NCBI GenBank assembly: GCA_001564035.1
Contig: LKMX01000001.1
Location: 1-28,597, forward strand
DNA length: 28,597 nt
Direction: 5' to 3'
From: Nanohaloarchaea archaeon PL-Br10_U2g27
GTDB taxonomy: Archaea; Nanohalarchaeota; Nanosalinia; Nanosalinales; Nanosalinaceae
The notes beneath the pieces were generated by a model. That model saw only the letters and a program-made list of their open reading frames with translations. It made no database searches and had not been told where the DNA came from. The translations under genes were made by a program, and so were the position numbers. This document shows positions 1 to 8,447 of this stretch, piece after piece (the stretch's first letter is position 1; every line of letters begins with the position of its first letter).

Positions 1-534
1 AGCAGAATGACGGTCAGCTTGAAGAGCTTACCTGACGCGCTGAGAGGAGCTGCATGGCCGCCGTCAGCTCGTGCCGTGAGGTGTCCGGTTAAGTCCGGTA
101 ACGAGCGAGACCCGCATCTCATGTTGCCCTAGAACCACTTCGGTGGTTTTGGCACTCGTGAGAGACCGCTGGTGATAAACCAGGGGAAGGAGCGGGCCAC
201 GGTAGGTCAGTATGGCCCGAATGCTCTGGGATACACGCGGCCTACAATGGCCGGGACAAAGAGATGCAACCCCGAGAGGGGAAGCTAACCTCCTAAACCC
301 GGTCCTGGTACGGATTGAGGACTGCAACTCGTCCTCATGAAGGCGAAATCGGTAGTAGTCGCTGGTCATTATCCAGCGGCGAATAAGTCCCTGCTCCTTG
401 TACACACTGCCTGTCAAGTCACCCGAGTCAGGTTCAGACGAGTACCTCCATTTGGGGGCGCAAGTCTGAGCTTGGCAAGGGGGGCTAAGTCATAACAAGG
501 TAGCCGTTGGGGAACCAGCGGCTGGATCACCTCC
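1..534 (+). rRNA. rrs: 16S rRNA, 3' part (5' end outside window)
   Basis: Archaeal conserved blocks GCATGGCCGCCGTCAGCTCGT (52-72), GTACACAC (400-407), AAGTC.TAACAAGGTAGCC (487-505) and anti-SD GGATCACCTCC ending at 534. Confidence 0.98.
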
Positions 535-907
535 AAAACAATTCAACACCACAAACCTGGTGTTGTAACTTTACATTTCACTCAGAAATCCCGTTTCTTC
601 CTACAATTCCTTACACTTTCTACAATTTTCTTCCTACAGAACAACTAAAGTATGTTTTACTGCATTCATTTACTGCTTTTTCCGGTCACTCTGATTTATC
701 TGTGACGCTTCTAATCTTCTCAAACATTCTGTCGCCGTTCATTAAGGCCTGTGTTTTTGTTGCAGCGAGTATTATTGTCTCCGGGTCTATTGCTGTTAGA
801 ACTGTTCGTATGAGGTGTTAGGTAAGTCAGAGGGGGAAATTTGTAAGATATATTTAGAAAGAGGGGAGAGGGTTGAAGTTAGGTGTTTGAAGAAAGATGA
901 GGAGGGG

Positions 908-3493
908 TTAGTAGCCTTTGCCGTAGATTTTGTTGGCTATTTTCTTCAAGGCCTCAATGAAGCCCATGGTTGCGAGAGCTCCTCCGATTGTGATCGCCCA
1001 CTCTCTAGGGCCTAGTGGTACGTGTCCGAAGAGGCTTGCTGCTGGCTCCCAGTATATCAGGGTTAGTAGTACTGGAGTGATTGTTGCTATTGATGCTAGG
1101 ACCCATTTGTTGTCGGTTAGACTTATGTCTGTTATTGAGTCTGTCAAGGATCTGAAGTTGAATGTGTGGGCCATGATCATCAGCACGATAGCTGCGAACA
1201 CCATTGTCCTAGCGGTGTCTAAGTTGTCTAGAGGGTTGCCTAGCATGAATACTGTGAACCCTGCTATACCCATGAATACGGCCATGCTTCCTACGAGGAA
1301 TAGGTTTCTCTGATCTAGTAGTTCTTGGTCTGTAGGCCTTGGGTCGCGCTCCATTATGCCCTCGGTTTCTGGATCCAGGCCTAAGGCGATTGCAGGCATT
1401 TCTTGGCCTATTACGTTGAGGAATAGGATTTGCAGCGCGATTAATGGTAGGTATTCGAATCCTAGGAATATTAGGCCTAGTGTGATTATTGATATTTCTG
1501 TGTAGCTTCTTGAGATTAGGTATGTTGTGAATTTTTCTATGTTGTCGTATATTCTTCTTCCTTCGCTTACTGCGGTGACGATTGTTTCGAAGTTGTCGTC
1601 TTGGAGTATCATGTCGGCGCTTTCTTTTGTGACGTCTGTTCCCTTCATTCCCATTCCTATTCCTACATCGGCTTTTTTTACTGCTGGGGCGTCGTTGACT
1701 CCGTCACCGGTCATTGCAACTATTTCTTTGTCCTCTTGCAAGGCCTCAACTATGTGAAGTTTGTGTTGCGGCTGTGTTCTCGCGTATACGTCTACGTCAG
1801 GGACTTTTTCCTCAAGTTCTTCTTCGGTCATTTCCTCGATTTCTGGGCCTGTCAGAACTTTAGGATTTTTTGCTAGGCCTATGTCTTCTGCTATGGCTTT
1901 GGCGGTTGTAGGGTTGTCGCCTGTGACCATTTTTACGTCGATTCCTGCGGTGCGGCATTCGTCTATTGCCTCTGCTACTTCTTCTCTAGCGGGGTCGATC
2001 ATTCCTGCTAGGCCTAGGAAAGTCAGGTTTTGTTCAATGTTTTCGTCGCTGTAAGGTTCTGATACGTTTTCTCGGTAGGCTAGGCCTAGTACTCTTAATG
2101 CGTTTTCTGCGAACTCTTCGTTTTTCTTTAGTATTTCTTCTCTTTTTTCGCTGCTTAACTCTATTTTTTTGCCTTCTATCATGATGTGGCTGCATTTTTC
2201 GAGTATTATTTCTGGAGCGCCTTTAGTGAATGCATGTGTTTCTCCGTCGATGCTATTGATTGTGGTCATCATTTTTCGCTCGGAGGTGAACAGGATTTCT
2301 TTTTCTCTACTGTATTTTTCGTCAATTTCTTCTTTTTCTAGGCCTAGTTTTTCTCCAAGCACTATTAATGCGCCTTCTGTCGGTTCTCCGCTTAGGCTAT
2401 ACTGTGCTTCATCTTTCATGAGTTCTGCGTTGTTACATATTACTGCGGTTTCCGCTGCTTTTCTCAGTGTTTCGGATTCCGGTTCTATTTCTTCTCCGTT
2501 CTCATCGGTTATGGTGCCGTGAGGGATGTATCCTGAACCGGTTACGCCTAGCTCTTGGTTGTCAAGCCACATCTTTTTCACAGTCATCTCGTTCTTCGTC
2601 AACGTACCGGTTTTATCCGTACAAATAACGGTAGTTGAGCCTAGGCCTTCCACGGCAAGCATTTTCTTAACAATTGCTTTTTTCTCAGCCATTTCTCTCA
2701 TCCCTAGTGAAAGAGTTAAAGTTAGTGTAAGAGGCAGAGCTTCAGGGATTGATGCTACTGCAAGTGCAAGTGTGACGATCAAGATCTGGCCAACAGGAGC
2801 GTTTTCCATTAGGCCTAGTCCAAACACTACTAGTGAGACTGCTAAAGCTATTACGCCAAGTTTTTTACCTAGGCCGTCGATTTTTCTTTGAAGAGGTGTA
2901 TCGTCTTCCCCGCCTTGGATTTCCTCTGCTATTTCTCCCAGCTTGGAGTTCATTCCAGTCTTAGTTACTTCTGCTTCGCATCGGCCATGCACTATGGTGG
3001 TGCCAGAATATACTTCGTCGCCGTTTTCCTTGCTTACAGCTTCAGATTCTCCCGTCAGTATTGCCTCGTCGACTCTTATGTCTGTGGATTCGATTATTTC
3101 GGCATCAGCAGGGACTTTATCACCCATCTCAAGTTTTATTACGTCTCCAGGAACCAAGCTCTCGCTTTCTACTTCTGTTATATCTCCATCTCTGTAAACC
3201 TCTACGGTCGGAGAAGTCATGTTTTGAAGCTCTTCCATAGCTTTCTCAGCCTTCCATTCCTGTAAGAATCCCATGGCAGCTATTATTCCGATTATTGCGG
3301 AAATAAAGTAAAATTCAAGCATTTCGCCGACAGCAAAAGAGATTACTGCGGCCACAGCCAAGATCCATATTAAAACGCTTGAAAACTGTCTCTTCAAAAC
3401 ATCTAGCTTAGTTGTAGGGTTCTCCTCTTCCAACTCGTTTTTACCGTATTCTTCAATCTTTTTCGATGCTTCTTCAGATGTAAGGCCTTTCAC
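908..3493 (-). CDS. P-type ATPase, type II (SERCA/PacL-like fold) cation transporter, GTG start
   Basis: TGES actuator motif, DKTGTLT phosphorylation motif, MVTGD, TGDGVNDAP hinge, M4 IPEALP and C-terminal TM helices. Confidence 0.96.
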   Translation of the reverse strand: MKGLTSEEASKKIEEYGKNELEEENPTTKLDVLKRQFSSVLIWILAVAAVISFAVGEMLEFYFISAIIGIIAAMGFLQEWKAEKAMEELQNMTSPTVEVYRDGDITEVESESLVPGDVIKLEMGDKVPADAEIIESTDIRVDEAILTGESEAVSKENGDEVYSGTTIVHGRCEAEVTKTGMNSKLGEIAEEIQGGEDDTPLQRKIDGLGKKLGVIALAVSLVVFGLGLMENAPVGQILIVTLALAVASIPEALPLTLTLTLSLGMREMAEKKAIVKKMLAVEGLGSTTVICTDKTGTLTKNEMTVKKMWLDNQELGVTGSGYIPHGTITDENGEEIEPESETLRKAAETAVICNNAELMKDEAQYSLSGEPTEGALIVLGEKLGLEKEEIDEKYSREKEILFTSERKMMTTINSIDGETHAFTKGAPEIILEKCSHIMIEGKKIELSSEKREEILKKNEEFAENALRVLGLAYRENVSEPYSDENIEQNLTFLGLAGMIDPAREEVAEAIDECRTAGIDVKMVTGDNPTTAKAIAEDIGLAKNPKVLTGPEIEEMTEEELEEKVPDVDVYARTQPQHKLHIVEALQEDKEIVAMTGDGVNDAPAVKKADVGIGMGMKGTDVTKESADMILQDDNFETIVTAVSEGRRIYDNIEKFTTYLISRSYTEISIITLGLIFLGFEYLPLIALQILFLNVIGQEMPAIALGLDPETEGIMERDPRPTDQELLDQRNLFLVGSMAVFMGIAGFTVFMLGNPLDNLDTARTMVFAAIVLMIMAHTFNFRSLTDSITDISLTDNKWVLASIATITPVLLTLIYWEPAASLFGHVPLGPREWAITIGGALATMGFIEALKKIANKIYGKGY

Positions 3494-3631
3494 TAATATA
3501 TTATAGAAAATAACTCGTTGATAAAAGCAAGTGTTTTCCTGAATTCTTTTTTCATCCTTGAAGATTGTTCATTACAACAACACTCTCATATATAGTTTTT
3601 CCAGAGTCTGTAAGACTACAGGTGCATTAAA

Positions 3632-3982
3632 TTGGATAGTTATCAGGCTGATCAAGACGACGCTCAGGTCGCATACGATCTAACACAGCAGATGCTAGAT
3701 GACGTGCCTCCAGAAATTAGGAATATAGGCCTCATGCTCGAAGCAGAATACGACTCGGAAAAAGAAGTGTTTACATATATTTTGCAGCCTCAAGAATGGT
3801 ACAAAGAAATAATGAAGGAAGACTTCTGTGCCATGGGCCAACTATATTTTGCTACCGAACATGAAATAGTGGGGGAAAAAGTTCTGCCAGAAACACTTAA
3901 AGACGAGTTTTCAGAAATGCCCATAAAATACAATGGAGATGTATTAAGAAAATCTTACTCTGATGAACACTGCTGGCAGTAA
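3632..3982 (+). CDS. Hypothetical acidic protein (116 aa, TTG start uncertain)
   Basis: Open frame with D/E-rich composition like the other genes here; no family recognised. Confidence 0.6.
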   Translation: MDSYQADQDDAQVAYDLTQQMLDDVPPEIRNIGLMLEAEYDSEKEVFTYILQPQEWYKEIMKEDFCAMGQLYFATEHEIVGEKVLPETLKDEFSEMPIKYNGDVLRKSYSDEHCWQ

Positions 3983-4010
3983 TCTGCCGAGAAAAATACA
4001 TGATTGGGAG

Positions 4011-4084
4011 TGGACCCTCAGGGATTTGAACCCTGGGCCTTCCGCTTGCAAAGCGGACGTTCTGCCGGACTGAACTAAGGGCCC
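4011..4084 (-). tRNA. tRNA-Ala (TGC)
   Basis: Reverse complement folds as a cloverleaf: acceptor GGGCCCT/AGGGTCC with G3:U70, anticodon arm TCCGC-TTTGCAA-GCGGA, T-loop TTCAAAT; no CCA encoded. Confidence 0.97.
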
Positions 4085-4438
4085 CATATGTCTCTATGAT
4101 TATCTGGTTTGATGTATTCTTTTAAATTGTCTTCAATCAAGTGTTTACCCTATTTAAAGTTTTGACCGGATGTTTGGTTACAGGCCTAGGATGGACGAAA
4201 CAGTCATGTCTGTTTTTAAAGTTTTGAGGCCTGTTTGTTGTATACCGGTTTTACCGGTATCGATAATGTTAGTAGAAGGGCGTCTTAAAACGGTGTCCTA
4301 AGCATGAATCCGTCGCCTGAATCTAGATGTGGGCGATAGTAATGCACCCCTCGATAGAGTATTGTTTTTAGGGGTAAGTAGGATTCGACCAGAATTATCT
4401 GCATTTGACTTGATTTGCTTCAAGTACTTCGCTTGAAA

Positions 4439-4457
4439 ACGGAGCAAATCAAGCCGG
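4439..4457 (+). other. 5' arm of pre-23S bulge-helix-bulge processing stem
   Basis: ACG-GAGC-[AAA]-TCAAGCCGG pairs with CCGGCTTGA-GCTC-[TAA]-CGT at 7430-7448: 4-bp helix flanked by two 3-nt bulges. Confidence 0.85.
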
Positions 4458-4466
4458 ATGCCCGAA

Positions 4467-7420
4467 GCCTGAACCTATTACTCAATGCTGAGTAGTGGAT
4501 GGCTCGGTTCGAGAAGCCGATGAAGGACGTGGTAAGCTGCGATAAGCTTGGGCGAGGCGCATGCAGCCTTGGAGCCCAAGATTTCCGAATGCGACTTCGT
4601 GACCTGTTTCGACAGGTCGACACGCAATGTGTCGGTAACGCGGTGAAGTGAAACATCTCAGTAGCCGTAGGAAAAGAAACCAATAGGGATTCCCTTAGTA
4701 GTGGCGAACGAAAGGGGAATAGCGCAAACTGAAGCTTCTACAGTGATGTAGAAGCGATGTGGTTCGTTCTTCCTTTAGAACTGAATGGGATAGCTTAACT
4801 CCTCTGGAAAGAGGGGCCGTAGAGAGTGATAGCCTCGTAGGCAACTTCCGTGACGTTCATAGGTTGAGCAAGAGTAGCACGGGTTGGAAATCCTGTGTGA
4901 AGATGGGAGGCACATTCTTCCAACGCTAAATACTTCTCGAGTCCGATAGCGCACTAAGTACCGTGAGGGAAAGCTGAAAAGTACCCCTAGAAAGGGGGTT
5001 AAAAGAGCCTCAAACTATTCAGTAATAGGCTAGATATGGCATGAAAGCGTCGATATCTCTGAACGAATCAGTCGAGAGACTTTAGTAGGAACGAGGTGGA
5101 GCGATGTCATATCATCCGTTTTGAAAAACGGGGCAGGGAGTTTGTCACCGTGGCGAAGCTAAGTCGTTTACGCGATGGAGCTGTAGCGAAAGCAAGAAGC
5201 CCGCAACGTCTTTGACGTGAGGGGCCGCGTGTTAACGCGCGTGAAGTCACCGTGACATGATCCGAAACCGGTCGATCCTGGCCTGGCCCGGCTGAAGCGG
5301 CGCGAAAGCTCCGTGGAAGGCCTCACCGGTGCTGTGTTACAAGCGCTCGGGTGAGCTAGGTCAAGGGGTGAAATGTCAATCGAGATCGGTTATCGCTGGT
5401 TCCTCTCCAAATGGATCGAAGTCCAGCCTCAAGCGAGACGGTCTAAGAGGTAAAGCTACTGATTCTGGGTTTCTGGACGCAAGTCCAGGCCTGGAGTCAA
5501 ACTCTGAACTCTTAGACGTTGTAGACCTTGGGAGTGAGGGGCAATGCGTAAGGTATTGTTCCTAGAGGGAAACAACCCAGAGCATGGTTAAGGTCCCATA
5601 ATTCCTGGCTAAGTGTCGTTGAGGATGTCCTGATTCTCAGACAGCGGGAAGGTTAGCTTAGAAGCAGCTACCCTTTAAAGAAAGCGTAACAGCTCACCCG
5701 TTGAGAGTCGGGGCGCCGTAAATGGACGGGGCTCAAGCCAGGAACCGAGACCATGCCGTTCACTTTTGTGGACGGGTAGAGAGGCGGTCTGCATGGACGG
5801 AAGCACGGAGTTGACTTCGTGTGGACCGTGTAGACACGAGAATCCTGCCGGCAGTATCAGCACAAGAACGGTGAGAATCCGTTCCGCCAAAAAAGGAAGG
5901 GTTCCTCTGCAATGTTTATCAGCAGAGGGTTAGTCGGTCCTAACTCCACTCCTAACTGGACGTGGAGGAATAGGGAAGCAGGTTAATATTCCTGCACCTA
6001 CTCACGTTAACTGACATTTCGGGATAACGGAAGCTGCGCCTTCGCGCAGTCTAAACTGTTAATGCATGGCGAGCGTAATGCTTAGAGCCTGCGAATCAGT
6101 GAATGGCCTGGGAAAAATCCCGGGTTTCCGCTATTCTTGGAATCCATGAAAAGGTGTGAGAGACCGTACCCAGAACCAGCACAGGTCCTTTGGCTGAGTA
6201 GGCTAAGGCGTATCGGGTATAACGCAGCTTAGGGAATTCGGCAAATTAGCCCCGTACCTTCGGTAGATGGGGTGCCTATCCACTTGATTGGATAGGTTGC
6301 AATTACCAGGGAAGCTCGACTGTTTACTAAAAACATAGCCGACTGCTAGTTCGAAAGGATTTGTATAGTCGGCGACTCTTGCCCAGTGCCAGCACCTGAA
6401 ACCTCCGTTCAAGGAGAAGAAGGGCTGGTAAACGGCGGCGGTAACTATGACCGTCTTAAGGTAGCGTAGTCCCTTGCCAATTAATTGTTGGCCCGCATCA
6501 ATAGAGTAACGAGGTTTCCACTGTCCCAAGCTGTGGTCCGGTGAACCCGCCATACCGGCGCACAGGCCGGTGACTCCTGGTGGGAAGCGAAGTCCCTGTG
6601 AACCTTCACTGCAGTCTATCGTTGCGGTGGGGTCCCAAGTGTGAAGCGTAGGTAGGAGACATTACAGAGGCGCGGTCGCTAGGCCGTCGCCCAGTCGTCC
6701 ATTGGACACTACCCTCTTGGAACCCCGCTGCTTACTTCTACGGAAGGACAGCGGTAGCTGGGCAGTTTAGCTGGGGCGGCATCCCTCTGATAACACATCA
6801 GAGGGGTCCAAAGGTAGGCTCAACCCGGTCAGAAATCGGGTGTAGAGTACAAAGGCAAAAGCCTGCCTGACTGGAATCCTGATAGTAGGGTTTCCAGGCG
6901 CGAAAGCGTGGCTTAGCGAACGCCTATAGCCAAAATTTTCGTGAGGCTTAGGCCTGACAAGAAAGGTACTCCAGGGATAACTGGATTGTCTGAGGCGCGA
7001 GCTCACATCGACCCTCAGGCTTGTTACTTCGATGTCGGCTCTCCGTATCCTGGCTGTGCAACAGCAGCCAAGGGTGGGGGTGTTCACCCATTAAAACGGA
7101 TCGTGAGCTGGGTTTAGATCGGCGCGAGCCAGATCTGTTGCTATCTGCCAGGAGTGCAGAGTGGTCTGAGAGGAAAGTCCGGACAGTACGAAAGGAACCC
7201 CGGACTGGAGCCTCTGGTGTATCGGTCGTCCGGAAGGGCGGTGCCGAGTAGCTACGCTCCACAGGTGTAAGAGCTGAAAGCATCTAAGCTCGAAAGCTAC
7301 CTCAAAAAGAGACCGCATTTCCCGCGCCCATATAAGATGGGTTGATAGAGTGGCGGTGTAAGTACCAAGGCAACGAGGTATTCAGCCGACCACTACTAAG
7401 AGCGGAACTCGGGTTCAGGC
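4467..7420 (+). rRNA. rrl: 23S rRNA (ends approximate)
   Basis: Conserved GATGAAGGACGTG near the 5' end, GGTAACTATGAC, PTC segments GGGATAAC and TCGATGTCGGC, GAGCTGGGTTTAGA, sarcin-ricin loop AGTACG.AAGGAAC; terminal pairing GCCTGAACC (4467-4475)/GGTTCAGGC (7412-7420). About 2950 nt, no obvious intron. Confidence 0.97.
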
Positions 7421-7429
7421 CGACGGCAA

Positions 7430-7448
7430 CCGGCTTGAGCTCTAACGT
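7430..7448 (+). other. 3' arm of pre-23S bulge-helix-bulge processing stem
   Basis: Complementary to 4439-4457 with 3-nt bulge TAA (7443-7445). Confidence 0.85.
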
Positions 7449-7540
7449 AAAAAACTCAAGTTAACCAAATTCTTGGTCGAATCCTGCTTTTTCCAACTAA
7501 CATTTACTTATTCTTTAACATTTGAATTGATAACTACTGC

Positions 7541-7852
7541 TTGGAGCCGGGAGACAGGTATCCCTTTGTTGAAAAGGGAGGAAAGTCCTGACCGCATTAT
7601 TTGGCAGTGCAGGCGCAAGGCCTGTACTCTGAAAGGAGATGGCTTTTACCGTAACCTCTAACAATTTAGAGGGTAGGGAGAGGCCTGGGTCGCAGAAACG
7701 ACACGTCCTGCGTTAAAGATGATTGCAGTATGAAATGCATGATGTTTCGCAGTTGGATCGGTGAAACGAGGCCTGATCTGTGCGGCAAGCCCTTTGAGGT
7801 GCTTAGTTGAATCCTGTCTACTAACAGAATCAGGCTTACTTACCGGCTCCAA
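7541..7852 (+). ncRNA. rnpB: RNase P RNA
   Basis: P1 TTGGAGCCGG (7541-7550)/CCGGCTCCAA (7843-7852); CR-I GAGGAAAGTCC; CR-II/III-like GCAGAAAC and GGTGAAACG; CR-V AACAGAATCAGGCTTA; P2 GACAGG/CCTGTC; 312 nt. Confidence 0.9.
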
Positions 7853-7924
7853 ACAGTATTTTTGTTTATAGATCTTCACTGTTCAAATTGAATCTTTTTG
7901 AATGTTCCACCTACATAAGTTTGT

Positions 7925-8083
7925 ATGGCGAAGAAAGAAGGAGGAGCTATGCCTTCCAGTATGGGAGGTCTTGTAATGTATTATGAAGAGGATACAGGCA
8001 TAGAGATCGATCCAAAGACTGTTATCGCAATCGGGGTATTTACCGCGATATTCGGGATTGCGCTACAAGCAGGTCTTATCTAA
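7925..8083 (+). CDS. secG: Preprotein translocase subunit Sec61beta (52 aa; absent from ORF track)
   Basis: Own translation MAKKEGGAMPSSMGGLVMYYEEDTGIEIDPKTVIAIGVFTAIFGIALQAGLI matches the archaeal Sec61beta pattern (GL..Y.EE....I.IDP..V followed by one TM helix). Confidence 0.9.
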   Translation: MAKKEGGAMPSSMGGLVMYYEEDTGIEIDPKTVIAIGVFTAIFGIALQAGLI

Positions 8084-8193
8084 GAAATTATTGAGAAAGA
8101 CCTAGCCATCTTTAGGGATCCTTTTTGGTTTTAGTGAGTTGAGGCCTCGTGCCATATATAATAGTAAAGTCACTCGATTATCTTAGGTGGAAA

Positions 8194-8268
8194 GGGCCCG
8201 TAGCTCAGCCCGGACAGAGCAACCGGCTTCTAACCGGTAGGTCGAGGGTTCAAATCCCTCCGGGTCCG
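8194..8268 (+). tRNA. tRNA-Arg (TCT)
   Basis: Acceptor GGGCCCG/CGGGTCC, anticodon arm ACCGG-CTTCTAA-CCGGT, T-arm GAGGG-TTCAAAT-CCCTC; TATA-like ATATATAA at 8154-8161. Confidence 0.97.
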
Positions 8269-8323
8269 TTCTACATATTATACTGCGATTTGATGGCCTT
8301 CAGAAGATCTGAGATCTTCAACG

Positions 8324-8350
8324 GGGTTCAAATCCCTCCGGGTCCGTTCT
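8324..8350 (+). repeat. 27-bp direct repeat of the tRNA-Arg 3' end (att-like)
   Basis: GGGTTCAAATCCCTCCGGGTCCGTTCT is identical at 8246-8272 and 8324-8350. Confidence 0.92.
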
Positions 8351-8447
8351 CCACGACATATCGACTTTGTTTTACTCTTTGGTTTAGCTGTGTAAGCTTT
8401 GTTTGCATGTAACAAAGAGTTTATACCTCCAAAAACCTTTGATAGCC

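Noticed and set aside
64-417. Track ORFs inside 16S, 23S and RNase P RNA (e.g. 64..417, 4420..4683, 5329..7318, 7473..7879)
   Set aside because: They overlap recognisable structural RNAs and lack the acidic composition of real genes here.
544-650. Hairpin CAACACCA/TGGTGTTG and short TTCTTCCTACA repeats after 16S as possible CRISPR or ncRNA
   Set aside because: Only an 8-bp stem and two 11-bp copies in a pyrimidine-rich tract; no repeat-spacer periodicity; more likely termination or processing sequence.
684-817. Minus-strand 44-codon protein-like frame (HLIRTVLTAIDPETIILAATKTQALMNGDRMFEKIRSVTDKSE) after the ATPase
   Set aside because: Bounded by an upstream stop with no start until the last 18 codons and no recognisable family; could be a relic but is unsupported.
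930-3265. Many + strand ORFs antisense to the ATPase, and similar shadows over top6, rio1, fen, gpmI, alba and the pilin genes
   Set aside because: Ser/Phe/Ile-rich antisense shadows of well-supported genes on the other strand.
4467-7420. Intron or homing-endonuclease insertion in 23S
   Set aside because: Length about 2950 nt is normal and conserved blocks follow in the expected order.
8149-8412. Track ORF with repeated VQIPPGPF
   Set aside because: It is the translation of tRNA-Arg and its duplicated 3' end.
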